The notes under the pieces: model-generated
Told to the model about the DNA's origin: nothing
Seen by the model: only the letters and a program-made list of their open reading frames with translations
Databases searched by the model: none
Made by a program: the position numbers and the translations under genes
NCBI GenBank assembly: GCA_965208675.1
Contig: OZ242351.1
Coordinates: forward strand, 2,784,001-2,848,000
DNA length: 64,000 nucleotides
Direction of reading: 5' to 3'
Source: Candidatus Poribacteria bacterium
Lineage (GTDB): Bacteria; Poribacteria; WGA-4E; PCPOR2b
Shown here: one piece after another, positions 37,909 to 47,547 of the stretch
Layout of the letters: the number at the start of each line of letters is the position of its first letter
Numbering within the stretch: position 1 is the first letter of the stretch

Positions 37909-39083
37909 TGGGAAGACAATACAAGCTTGCCGAGCAGACAATCGACGAGGAAGACCTCCTGGACCTTATCGCGTGGTTAAAGACTAACCCTTGGTTGACT
38001 CAGGGTGAACTGGTACGCGCATTCGAGCGTCAATGGGCTGAATGGCTTAGTGCCAGATACGCAACCTTTGTCAATTCCGGTTCTTCAGCCAATCTTCTGA
38101 TGTACGATTCCCTCTTGCTGTCAGAGAAGTTGCGCAACAAAAAGATTGTTCTCCCCGCCGTCAGTTGGTCAACCTCCGTTGCGCCAGCCATTCAACTCGG
38201 CTTTGAGCCGATTTTATGCGAAGCGGACGAAAATACCTTTGGGCTGGATTTGGACTGTCTAGAAAGATTATTGAAATCGCATGAACCGGGGGCGGTCCTC
38301 ATTGTTCACACACTCGGTGTGCCGAACGACATGGAACCGCTTCTCGCGCTCAAAGATCGGTACGGGTTTATCCTGATGGAGGATGCTTGCGCAGCCATTG
38401 GATCGTGTTATGACAATCAACCTGTTGGAACCTTTGGGGAGATTAGCACCTTCTCTTTCTATTACGGTCACCACCTGTCTACAATAGAAGGCGGGATGAT
38501 TTGCACAAACGATGAAACACTCCACGACATTTTGGTTCAGATTCGGAGCCACGGTTGGGCGAAGGATCTTCCCTTTAAGAAAGCGGAAGACAAAGCAAGT
38601 GAGAACAATATTATTGCATTCAATCGCCCCTTCACCTTCTACTATCCGGGTTTCAACCTGCGGTCAACGGATTTGAACGCGCGAATCGGTTTGTCGCAAA
38701 TGAAGAAGATAGATTACGTTGTGAAGCGGCGAATCGAGAATCACAACATCTACCAGTCGCGGTTTCAAGACGCTACAGATTTTCATTGCCAGCGAAATGA
38801 CCGTGCGTCCATCTGCAGTATTGCCTTCGTGGCTCTGGCTCAATCGCAAGGGCAACGGGAAAGAATTGCCCAACTCCTTAGAGAAAACCAAATTGAGACG
38901 CGGCCGCTGGGTGGAGGCAACATGTCACGCCAGCCCTTTTGGGCGAATAGGTATGGAAGCACCGCTTTTCCGGTCGCCGACCGAATACACGAGACTGCTT
39001 TTCAACTGCCAAATCATCCACAGTTAAGCCCAGAAGATATCCATTTCATATGCGACACCGTGCTTTCGGTTACAACGGCATAA
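37908..39083 (+). CDS. PLP-dependent NDP-4-keto-6-deoxysugar 3-dehydratase (ColD/RfbH-like, DegT superfamily)
   Basis: VNSGSSANL, EDAC and SFYYGHHLSTIEGG (His in place of the Schiff-base Lys), plus RSHGW and GFNLR. Confidence 0.8.
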   Translation: MGRQYKLAEQTIDEEDLLDLIAWLKTNPWLTQGELVRAFERQWAEWLSARYATFVNSGSSANLLMYDSLLLSEKLRNKKIVLPAVSWSTSVAPAIQLGFEPILCEADENTFGLDLDCLERLLKSHEPGAVLIVHTLGVPNDMEPLLALKDRYGFILMEDACAAIGSCYDNQPVGTFGEISTFSFYYGHHLSTIEGGMICTNDETLHDILVQIRSHGWAKDLPFKKAEDKASENNIIAFNRPFTFYYPGFNLRSTDLNARIGLSQMKKIDYVVKRRIENHNIYQSRFQDATDFHCQRNDRASICSIAFVALAQSQGQRERIAQLLRENQIETRPLGGGNMSRQPFWANRYGSTAFPVADRIHETAFQLPNHPQLSPEDIHFICDTVLSVTTA

Positions 39084-39194
39084 CACACTTACCACAGGAT
39101 ATGAGGTAGGTAAGAATATCACCAATTTTGCGATGATGCCCGTTCGACAGAATATTGCAGCATCAGAAAAGTTTAGAAATGTTATATTATTTCA

Positions 39195-39249
39195 CTGTGG
39201 GAGGGACATCCCTGTCCCGATAATCGGGGCTAGGAAACCCCTCCCACAG
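39195..39249. repeat. 55-bp REP/REPIN-like palindromic element, copy 2
   Basis: CTGTGGGAGGGACATCCCTGTCCCGATAATCGGGGCTAGGAAACCCCTCCCACAG. Confidence 0.7.
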
Positions 39250-39298
39250 ACATAATCGTTATTTATCTGACGGTGTATTATATAGCAAGGACAAAATA

Positions 39299-40822
39299 GT
39301 GAAGGATCGAACTATCACAAAGAAAAAGCAGATTGATTTAGTGCTGGTGAATCCGGGGAACCCACGAAAAATCTATCAATCCCTTTCGTCCACTTTATCT
39401 GCCGTTGAACCCCCAGTTTGGGCGGGGTTGTTGGCAACTTTCGTCCGCAACCGCGGGTTTTCCGTTGCCATCGTTGATGCCAACGCGGAAAACCTAACGC
39501 CTGAAGAGACCGCCGAACGAGTCGCCGAGATGCGTCCGGTGTTGACGGCAGTCGTTGTCTATGGACACCAACCTTCTGCCTCGACTCAGAACATGACCGC
39601 CGCGGGGGAGATATGCGCCGCAGTCAAACAGCGGTCGCCAGCACTCAAAGTGCTTCTGGTTGGCGGCCATGCTGCCGCCCTGCCCAAACACACCCTGCAA
39701 GAGGAAACCGTCGATTTTGTTTGCGGTGGGGATGGGCCCTTCACTGTCTTAGAACTCCTGCAAATACTCAAATCCACACGGAGGGACTATCACATAGTCC
39801 GAGGGATTTGGTATCGGGACAGTAAACGTACAATCAAATCAACACAAGCTGCGCCGTTGGTCAAAGACCTCGACCGTGAAATGCCGTCAATGGCGTGGGA
39901 CCTTCTACCTATGGAGAAATACCGCGCCCACAACTGGCACTGCTTTGGCGGATTGGACCGAAAACCGTATGCAGCCATCTATACAACATTGGGCTGTCCG
40001 TATCGTTGCAGTTTCTGCTGCATTCAAGCCCCGTTCAAGAGCGGAGAACAAGCGTTGGGATACAAATCCCGCGTAAACAGTTACCGGTTCTGGCACCCGG
40101 ATTCCGTCATCGCCCAGATTGACACACTTGTTAAAGATTACGGGGTACGGAACATCAAGATTGCCGATGAAATGTTCGTGCTCAACCCCAGGCATGTGAT
40201 GGCAATCTGCAACCGGATTATCGAACGCGGGTATGACCTGAACATTTGGGCATACGCCCGAGTGGATACGGTGAAGGCGGAGATGGTGGATATGTTGAAG
40301 CGTGCCGGTTTCAACTGGCTTGCGTTCGGTATAGAGGCTGCCAGCGAGCGCGTGCGGGATGAAGTGCAGAAAAGGTTTAATCAACAGGACATATACCAGA
40401 CCCTCGAAGCGGTTAGGGACGCAGGTATCAACGTCATCGGGAATTATATCTTTGGCTTGCCCGAAGACAATCTGGAATCGATGCAAGCAACTCTAGACCT
40501 CGCCCTCGAACTCAATTGCGAGTTCGCCAACTTTTACTGCGCCATGGCATATCCGGGATCCCAACTCTACAGTCAAGCTTTAGACGCGGGGTGGCAGTTG
40601 CCGGCAGAATGGAGCGGTTATTCTCAACACGCCCAAAATACCCTGCCGCTGCCGACGAAGTATCTGTCTGCGTCAGAGGTTTTGCGCTTCCGAGACCACG
40701 CTTTTCAAGCGTATTTCAACAGTTCAAGGTATCTGGAAATGATTGCCGAAAAGTTTGGTACAGAGACTACGAGTCACATTCAGGAGATGGCGAGTCATAA
40801 GCTAGTGCGGCAGTATGCGTAG
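39299..40822 (+). CDS. Cobalamin-dependent radical SAM enzyme (class B methyltransferase-like)
   Basis: N-terminal B12-binding region (EPP.W, VGGH), GCPYRCSFC, IADE, FGIE and YIFGLP motifs. Confidence 0.88.
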   Translation: MKDRTITKKKQIDLVLVNPGNPRKIYQSLSSTLSAVEPPVWAGLLATFVRNRGFSVAIVDANAENLTPEETAERVAEMRPVLTAVVVYGHQPSASTQNMTAAGEICAAVKQRSPALKVLLVGGHAAALPKHTLQEETVDFVCGGDGPFTVLELLQILKSTRRDYHIVRGIWYRDSKRTIKSTQAAPLVKDLDREMPSMAWDLLPMEKYRAHNWHCFGGLDRKPYAAIYTTLGCPYRCSFCCIQAPFKSGEQALGYKSRVNSYRFWHPDSVIAQIDTLVKDYGVRNIKIADEMFVLNPRHVMAICNRIIERGYDLNIWAYARVDTVKAEMVDMLKRAGFNWLAFGIEAASERVRDEVQKRFNQQDIYQTLEAVRDAGINVIGNYIFGLPEDNLESMQATLDLALELNCEFANFYCAMAYPGSQLYSQALDAGWQLPAEWSGYSQHAQNTLPLPTKYLSASEVLRFRDHAFQAYFNSSRYLEMIAEKFGTETTSHIQEMASHKLVRQYA

Positions 40823-40836
40823 ATACAGGTGCACGG

Positions 40837-42348
40837 ATGCCTCAAACACTCAAACTACATGGGCGCCTGTTGGTCAAAAATACGAGCCTAAACTTTGGGG
40901 CGAAGGTACTGCCCCTAGTTGTGATGGGGGTCACGATTCCGTATGTAGTTGAAGGTTTGGGTGCGGCGCGTTACGGGGTTTTTACGCTAATCTGGGCTGT
41001 CATAGGTTATTTCAGCGTCCTTGATTTGGGATTGGGGAAAGCAACCGCAAAGAAGGTAGCGGAAGCGCTGGGTAGAGGGGAAAGCGCCGCGATTCCCGCT
41101 ATCGCGTGGACGGCTGTTCTTCTTACACTGGGTTTAGGGTTAATTGCAAGCTTCACCCTTATGGCATTCACATCGCTTCTGGTGAACAATGTCTTTCAGG
41201 TGAATGCCAATTTTAGCGAAGAGACCCAACAGGTCTTCTACCTTGCTGCCGTCGGTCTGCTCATCGCACTGGTCAAATCTGCGCTTACCGGAGTGTTAGA
41301 GGCGCATCAGCGGTTCGATTTAATCAATCTGGTGGGCGTTCCTTCAAGCTTGCTTTCCGCGGTTATTCCTCCGTTTGTTCTTTATGCGGATGGTGGATTG
41401 CCCGCTATTGTTATTCTACTCGTCATCAAAAACGGTTTCGAGTTATTCGTCTTGTCCTTCCTCTGGTTGAAGGTGTTGCCGTCCGGAGACCGCTTCTTTG
41501 CGCTAGATATGAAAATGAGCCCCGCTCTTTTTTCGTTTGGCGGGTGGTTGACGCTGCACAACGTCGCGAGTTATATTTTACATTACGTTGAGCGATTCCT
41601 AATTGGCGCGCTCTTGACAGTAACAGCAGTCACCTACTACAGCGTTCCTTTCACCCTCATCAGTGCGTTGACAGTTCTTCCTTCGAGCCTGATGCCTGTC
41701 CTCTTTCCCGCTTTTAGCGCCCTTCACCATTCAGATGTCACGAAATTAGAGAATCTTTTCCGGCAGGCGCTGAAATATCTCGTCGTATTGATGGGGCTAG
41801 CGGCGTTGTTTCTGATGATATTTTCGGAGGAAATCTTGGTGTTGTGGATTGGCGAGGAGGGTATCAGAAGCGTCTATGTACTTCAGTTCCTCGCTGCGGG
41901 ATACGTGCTCTCGGTTGTTTCATGGTATTTCAGCACGTTCTTGCAAGGGACGGGTTATATTAAAGCGGTGACGGCAATTGCACTGGCACTCTTGGTTTTT
42001 CAGATTCCATTCTCATGGGCGTTAATCACAGGGTGGGGAATTGAGGGCGCGGCTTTGGCATTCACATTTAGTCGGGCGCTGGTGGTTTTGGTATTCTACT
42101 GTATCGCTCGAAGGTTAAATCTGATTCGTCCTTTGCAGGTTTCCATCGGCAAACTGGCAACGCTCACCTGCGGATTTCTAATCATCATTTCAGCGACATT
42201 GCTGCTCAAAAAAGTTGTAGGTATCCTCCCGTGGTCTATCATCTTGAGCGCCCCCGTGTTCATTGCGAGCACCCTCCTTTTCGGCTGGCGTGCCATTCTC
42301 ACCCATGAGGATAAGCGCATGGTGTTGCAGTCGGTAAAGCGAGTATGA
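40837..42348 (+). CDS. wzx: Wzx-type oligosaccharide flippase (MOP family)
   Basis: About 12-14 TM helices, GYFSVLDLGLG, FSFGGW and YYSVP motifs. Last gene of the glycan cluster. Confidence 0.85.
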   Translation: MPQTLKLHGRLLVKNTSLNFGAKVLPLVVMGVTIPYVVEGLGAARYGVFTLIWAVIGYFSVLDLGLGKATAKKVAEALGRGESAAIPAIAWTAVLLTLGLGLIASFTLMAFTSLLVNNVFQVNANFSEETQQVFYLAAVGLLIALVKSALTGVLEAHQRFDLINLVGVPSSLLSAVIPPFVLYADGGLPAIVILLVIKNGFELFVLSFLWLKVLPSGDRFFALDMKMSPALFSFGGWLTLHNVASYILHYVERFLIGALLTVTAVTYYSVPFTLISALTVLPSSLMPVLFPAFSALHHSDVTKLENLFRQALKYLVVLMGLAALFLMIFSEEILVLWIGEEGIRSVYVLQFLAAGYVLSVVSWYFSTFLQGTGYIKAVTAIALALLVFQIPFSWALITGWGIEGAALAFTFSRALVVLVFYCIARRLNLIRPLQVSIGKLATLTCGFLIIISATLLLKKVVGILPWSIILSAPVFIASTLLFGWRAILTHEDKRMVLQSVKRV

Positions 42349-42554
42349 CACATTTCAGTTCTGGCCGCGGAACTAGGACCTGAATTGGACGGGACGGAAC
42401 GATGGAAGGCATCCCACTTTTAGGCAGAAAAGCCCATTCGCCAGCTCGGAAAACGTCTTTTGCCTCGTAGAAGTACCAGCCAAGGACAAGGTGTATGGGA
42501 GGGAATACCAATTTATTTCAGGTATTCCCGCTTCATTTATCTTGATTTTTAACT

Positions 42555-43226
42555 TCATGCCGATGCGGCTTCCCGCAATCCATTTATCGCCTCTTTAACG
42601 TTATCGCTGCGGAAAATTGCCGTGCCTGCAACTAAAATTGTTGCCCCGCGGCTTCCCACCAAACGAGCAGTATCGAGCGTGATTCCTCCGTCAACCTCAA
42701 TCTCAATACTAGTGTTCCGTGCTCGAACAAGTTGCTGCAACCGATCCAGTTTTTCGAGGGTGTTCATCATGAACGATTGACCGCTAAAGCCAGGGTCAAC
42801 GCTCATGGGCAGAACAAGATCCAAATCGGCAAGGTACGGTTCAACCGAAGATATCGGTGTTGAAGGGCGTAGCGCGATGCCCGCCCGTATCCCACGTGTC
42901 TTAATCTGATCAATCACCTTCTGGATGGGAAAATCAATTTCGAGATGAAACGTGATGAACTCCGCGCCGGCGTCCGCGAATACATCAATGTAATCTTGAG
43001 GATGCGTAATCATCAAATGCACATCGAAAGGGAGATTGGTATAATGCCTAATGGATTTGATGAGTTGCGGTCCCATCGTCAAATTGGGAGTGAAATGGCC
43101 ATCCATAACATCAAGGTGGATAAGATCAGCGCCCGCCGCAACGATTTTGCTAACTTCCTCACCCATCCGGCTGAAATCCGCTGATAGCATCGACGGGGCA
43201 ATCTTGATTTTTTTTTCGGTCACCAC
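42555..43226 (-). CDS. rpe: Ribulose-phosphate 3-epimerase
   Basis: IAPSMLSADF, HLDVMDGHF, DVHLM, MSVDPGFSGQ and EVDGG motifs. Confidence 0.96.
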   Translation of the reverse strand: MVTEKKIKIAPSMLSADFSRMGEEVSKIVAAGADLIHLDVMDGHFTPNLTMGPQLIKSIRHYTNLPFDVHLMITHPQDYIDVFADAGAEFITFHLEIDFPIQKVIDQIKTRGIRAGIALRPSTPISSVEPYLADLDLVLPMSVDPGFSGQSFMMNTLEKLDRLQQLVRARNTSIEIEVDGGITLDTARLVGSRGATILVAGTAIFRSDNVKEAINGLREAASA

Positions 43227-44197
43227 AGTTCTTTCCTCACTACTTCATTATTATCTTCATAGACAATCATCGTCGCTTCGCCGAGGACTTTATACGGCTG
43301 AGAAATCTGAAACCCGGCTTGGTAGCGGTTATCAATCACTCTTTTTCTTCCGCGGTCGTCTACCACAAAAATGGTCACCTTTTTCGAAGCGGCAGTCGTC
43401 GAGGACACTTCGTGTTTAATGACGACGAATTCCCCTTTTTTTTCCGATCCTATCAGTGAGCCGCTAATCACGAGATCAACAACCTGACCCACTGGAATCA
43501 GCGTGCCCGCGTCCGGTTGATGGCTGATAATCAACCCTTGATTAATTTCTGCATGCAGCGCGTAATTTTCTACTCCAATTTTAAGGCTGTGCGATTCAAG
43601 TAAATTACGAACTTCATCAAGACCCATACGGCGTAAATCCGGCATACGCAAAATTTTTGGACGCGGCCCCGAACTTAACAGCAGATTCACTAGAGTTCCG
43701 CGCACATGCGCGGCGCCGGCTTGCGGCGTTTGCGCAATCACCGTATTGACTTCAGGATAGCGGTCCGAATGCACAACCGCAACGCGCCCACGGCGAAATC
43801 CGGCGTCTTTGAGGATTCTTTCCCCGTCCTCGAAGGATTGATTGACAACATCAGGCACCGAAATACTCTCGTTGCCTACACTCAAAGTCAGTCGAACCGG
43901 CTTCTTGCGTTTCACTTTGAAGTCGGCGAGGGGTTCTTGTGCGATTACATGGCCTTCCGGAATCACATCGCTCGGTTTCTGTTCAAGTTCTGGATCGAGT
44001 TGTAATCCTGCATTGTAAACCATCTGAATGGCTTGTTGATGGCTCTGACTTATCAGATTAGGAACTGCAACCTCGCCGCCCTGAACCAAACTAGGAATAA
44101 CGACGAACAACAAGACCAGTCCAACAATGCAAACAACTGTTAGGCTAAAAAAAGCAACTTTGATTATCGCAAAGAAAACGGCATTTAGGTTCATCAT
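43220..44197 (-). CDS. PASTA-domain protein (TM + 3 PASTA, no kinase domain)
   Basis: VPNL/VPDV/MPDL repeats, each followed by VIAQ.P or IISHQP. Confidence 0.85.
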   Translation of the reverse strand: MMNLNAVFFAIIKVAFFSLTVVCIVGLVLLFVVIPSLVQGGEVAVPNLISQSHQQAIQMVYNAGLQLDPELEQKPSDVIPEGHVIAQEPLADFKVKRKKPVRLTLSVGNESISVPDVVNQSFEDGERILKDAGFRRGRVAVVHSDRYPEVNTVIAQTPQAGAAHVRGTLVNLLLSSGPRPKILRMPDLRRMGLDEVRNLLESHSLKIGVENYALHAEINQGLIISHQPDAGTLIPVGQVVDLVISGSLIGSEKKGEFVVIKHEVSSTTAASKKVTIFVVDDRGRKRVIDNRYQAGFQISQPYKVLGEATMIVYEDNNEVVRKELW

Positions 44198-44257
44198 TTT
44201 AGTCCGTTTAAACGTCCGAAGGTAGAGTGGGAAAGTTTTAGATGCCTATCGCAGTTA

Positions 44258-44432
44258 CTATTCGTTCTTTTGAGGTTGTACCTGCTCGTCAGTTAGAACT
44301 ACTTACCTGGCTATTCGCTCGGTTGAGATTGTACCTGCCTATCGGTTAAAACTATCGCCCTCGCTATTCACTCGGTTGAAATTGTACCTGCTTATCGGTT
44401 AAAACTATCGCCCTCGCTATTCACTCGGTTGA
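44258..44432. repeat. 53-bp tandem repeat (3 units plus a partial) overlapping the fmt stop codon
   Basis: Units start at 44258, 44311, 44364 and 44417. Consensus CTATTCACTCGGTTGAAATTGTACCTGCTTATCGGTTAAAACTATCGCCCTCG. Confidence 0.9.
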
Positions 44433-45376
44433 TCCCTACGGAGCAATCGATCTCCAGTTTTCAATCGATGACCGTTAATAAAATCGCAACCACTTATTTT
44501 TCGTCTGTTTGCAGGTTGTACACGATCCAGCCGCACCGCTCGCTGTCCCGCAACCACAATGAGCTCCATTTCAGGCGTAATCTGGATTGTACCCGGCGGA
44601 TAATCTGAGGAATTCGTACAATCGACAGCAGCACAGTCGATTATCTTCAAGCGAAGGTTATCCCCCAGATAGGTGTATGCGCTGGGCCAAACAGCGGTAC
44701 CACGCACTAGATTGCAAATTTCGTCCGCGGATTTTTCCCAGTCAATCTGCCCAATCTCTTTTGTCAGTCGAGGCGCTTGCGTCGCTTCCGCGTGGTCCTG
44801 CGGCGAATGAGGCGGAGGAACATCTGATGCGTTTTTCAAGGCTTGAATTAACAAGGGAGCGGCTAAACGTGCCAAGCGGTTGGAGAGGGTCGCGGCTGTA
44901 TCTTGAGGGTCAATTTTCACCCGCTTTTGTAGAATAATGTCCCCGGTATCCGCCCCTTCATCAAGCAGCATTATAGTCACTCCTGTCTCCGTCTCCCCAT
45001 TGATTAGCGCCCATTGAATTGGCGCAGCGCCGCGGTATTTGGGAAGTAGAGACGGATGCAAGTTTATGCATCCACAAGGTGGGATAGCTAACACCGATTT
45101 GGGCAGCAATTGACCGAATGCGGCAACTACAATAGCCGTCGGTCTAAGTTTTTTCAAAACTCGAATGAACTCACGATTTCGCACTTTCACAGGTTGATAT
45201 ACCGGCAAATTGTGCGCAGCGGCAATAATCTTGACGGGCGGCGGCGTGAGCCGCTTGCCTCTGCCGCTGGGTTTATCCGGTTGGGTCACGACACCGACGA
45301 TATTGAAGTTTTCAGCGATTAGCTGTTCCAGGCTAGGAATAGCAAATTCGCTCGTCCCCATGAAAACGATTCTCAT
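44417..45376 (-). CDS. fmt: Methionyl-tRNA formyltransferase
   Basis: MRIVFMGT, VVTQPD and NLHPSLLPKYRGAAPI motifs. Confidence 0.97.
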   Translation of the reverse strand: MRIVFMGTSEFAIPSLEQLIAENFNIVGVVTQPDKPSGRGKRLTPPPVKIIAAAHNLPVYQPVKVRNREFIRVLKKLRPTAIVVAAFGQLLPKSVLAIPPCGCINLHPSLLPKYRGAAPIQWALINGETETGVTIMLLDEGADTGDIILQKRVKIDPQDTAATLSNRLARLAAPLLIQALKNASDVPPPHSPQDHAEATQAPRLTKEIGQIDWEKSADEICNLVRGTAVWPSAYTYLGDNLRLKIIDCAAVDCTNSSDYPPGTIQITPEMELIVVAGQRAVRLDRVQPANRRKISGCDFINGHRLKTGDRLLRRDQPSE

Positions 45377-45426
45377 TTTTCAATAGCGCTGTGCTTTCGC
45401 TCAGTCGTCCCTATTCGGTCGGCTGA

Positions 45427-45942
45427 TCATTCACTATTTGTTCGCTTAATCCTTTCAGGTTGAGTTTCGAGCAACTCCTGATCCTCAAGAATCAATCGGT
45501 CAATGAACAGAACCCCGTCAAGATGATCGATTTCATGCTGTAAGACTCGCGCCATTAACCCGCTCGCTTCAAATTCGACTTCATCCGTGTTCAGAAGCAG
45601 GCCCTTAACCGTTACATCCATGGCACGCCTCACAATGCCCCTGTAACCGGGCAAACTCAAGCACCCTTCCTCTCCCAGTTCCTCACCTTGCGCACGCGTA
45701 ATTACAGGATTAATCAGCGCAATTGGCGGAATTTCAGGGTGATAGTCATTGATGTCGATGGCAATAATCCTATTGGAAACACCTACCTGCGGCGCAGCCA
45801 AACCGATGCCTTGAGCTGACCGCATGGTCTCAAACATATCCTGAACCAGTTTAGAAATATTCGCGGAAATTTGTTCGACGGGCGAGGCCTTCTCACGTAA
45901 AATAGGTGTGTTCTCACCGACCTCAATATTCAAAACCGCCAT
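45427..45942 (-). CDS. def: Peptide deformylase
   Basis: GIGLAAPQVG, EGCLS and QHEIDHLDG motifs. Start probably ATG 45942. Confidence 0.96.
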   Translation of the reverse strand: MAVLNIEVGENTPILREKASPVEQISANISKLVQDMFETMRSAQGIGLAAPQVGVSNRIIAIDINDYHPEIPPIALINPVITRAQGEELGEEGCLSLPGYRGIVRRAMDVTVKGLLLNTDEVEFEASGLMARVLQHEIDHLDGVLFIDRLILEDQELLETQPERIKRTNSE

Positions 45943-46019
45943 AGCTTGTTTTGTAGCGTTTAAGCAGATAAGCCAATTCCAATTGATTATGGCACTATCG
46001 GTTATAATTGGCAAAACAG

Positions 46020-46517
46020 CTAAAATCGAATGTGGACCAACGGAACAAAAAGACCCTGCGAATCTTCCAATTCCCATTCGTTCTCACTGACTTTTTCCGG
46101 TGTCGGTACGGAGGGTGGTGACGTTGGAATGAGCTGCTCGGACAAGTTTTTATCGCGTGTATGAAGCCAATCCCAGAAACCAATGAAGAGTGCGAGTGAC
46201 GCGGCTGACGCACCCATAATTTTAAAGTCCAGGCTGTCAAGGTCAGGTGCAACTTTGTTTTGCCGAATCATTTCAACGCCGCGCACAGCAAGAAAACTAT
46301 GAATTGCTGTAAATGGTAGTGAAACGAGTGTCACAATCTCAAATCGCCGCAATGCGCTCTCTTGATAGACTTCTCTTTCCTGGGCTTTGCCCTGTCCTCT
46401 GCGCAGCGGCGTCCTTTCCCCCGACGAATTTTGAGATTGGCCATAGGAATTTCCCGACGCCAACGACGCAATTATTAGAACGGACAACAGTTTAACTTTC
46501 ACTTTGTTTGCGATCAT
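46020..46517 (-). CDS. Hypothetical membrane protein
   Basis: Lies in the operon between lspA and def, with ESALRRFEI..VSLPF and hydrophobic segments. Confidence 0.65.
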   Translation of the reverse strand: MIANKVKVKLLSVLIIASLASGNSYGQSQNSSGERTPLRRGQGKAQEREVYQESALRRFEIVTLVSLPFTAIHSFLAVRGVEMIRQNKVAPDLDSLDFKIMGASAASLALFIGFWDWLHTRDKNLSEQLIPTSPPSVPTPEKVSENEWELEDSQGLFVPLVHIRF

Positions 46518-47001
46518 CGTAATCTCCTCGATGACGAAGCAGGTGAATCATAAGCATTCCCGCCCCGACACAGACTGCCACATCGGCAAGGTTAAATGTT
46601 GGCCACCAAAAATTCGGCAGCAATCTAAACCGAAGGAAATCTGTGACCTCGCCGTGGCGAATTCGATCCAAAAAATTTCCGAGCGCCCCGCCTAGCAGGA
46701 CGCTGAGGGCAATTCTCATCCACAAACTGTGCAGGTATTGCTTGTAATAGACAAAAATAAAGCCGATAGCAACGATTGTTATTATCGTAAGAATCAAATT
46801 TTGCCCGCGCATCAGTCCGAAGGCAGCACCGGTGTTTGTGGTATAGCTAAGTTCAAATATCCCTTCAATGACAACAATAACCTGTGGATTGCGCGGTACA
46901 ATGATTTCTTGGACCAACCATTTGGTCAACTGATCTGCGGCGAGCACGAGAGAGGTAATCCCGAATAACGGAAGAAACAGCTTGATTTGGCCCCTAAACA
47001 T
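46492..47001 (-). CDS. lspA: Signal peptidase II
   Basis: DQLTK, NTGAAFG, GGALGNFLDR, VTDF and FNLAD motifs. Confidence 0.96.
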   Translation of the reverse strand: MFRGQIKLFLPLFGITSLVLAADQLTKWLVQEIIVPRNPQVIVVIEGIFELSYTTNTGAAFGLMRGQNLILTIITIVAIGFIFVYYKQYLHSLWMRIALSVLLGGALGNFLDRIRHGEVTDFLRFRLLPNFWWPTFNLADVAVCVGAGMLMIHLLRHRGDYDDRKQSES

Positions 47002-47072
47002 GGTTAACTTTCCCTAAGCACCAGATTGATGCGGTTTCAGTTGGTTGCGCATTAAACGCGCCGCGATTAAAA

Positions 47073-47375
47073 TTAACTGCCCCGCATTGCATGAATTGTA
47101 TCGAGAGTATATGCCTCATAGGGGGTCTCCAATAGATCTGCTAACTGATCGAATTCACTTGCATCTTCCGCCTGTTTGACCATTGCCTCGTGCGATTCAG
47201 CGGATTCCCATTCCTCAATCTCAAATATGTGATGTTGTTGTGCCTGATCTTGAAGCAGTGAAATTCGCTTACAACCTGCGTCAAGCAACATAGGTTGTAA
47301 ATCGGTCAAAAAATCCAATAGGGCATCGATTTTGTCCAGCTTAGCTTGGTAACGGACGATAACCGTAACGCTCAT
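47073..47375 (-). CDS. ABM (antibiotic biosynthesis monooxygenase) domain protein
   Basis: 100 aa with GC and E.WES.ESH motifs. Confidence 0.75.
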   Translation of the reverse strand: MSVTVIVRYQAKLDKIDALLDFLTDLQPMLLDAGCKRISLLQDQAQQHHIFEIEEWESAESHEAMVKQAEDASEFDQLADLLETPYEAYTLDTIHAMRGS

Positions 47376-47547
47376 CACGATTCTCCGAATGTGCTGTATA
47401 TCGGGCGATTGGCATTTCGGCCGACAAACCAATAACAAAATTCAATCGTGGTGTAACTTTATGTATCCAAGGCACCTGCGATTCTTCTAATTTTTTTCTT
47501 GGTTTAATGGGTCGCGCGAATCGATAAATCTGAATCAATTCCAAGTA

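Noticed and set aside
44258-44432. CRISPR array
   Set aside because: Whole 53-bp units are repeated with no unique spacers, and no cas genes are in the window.
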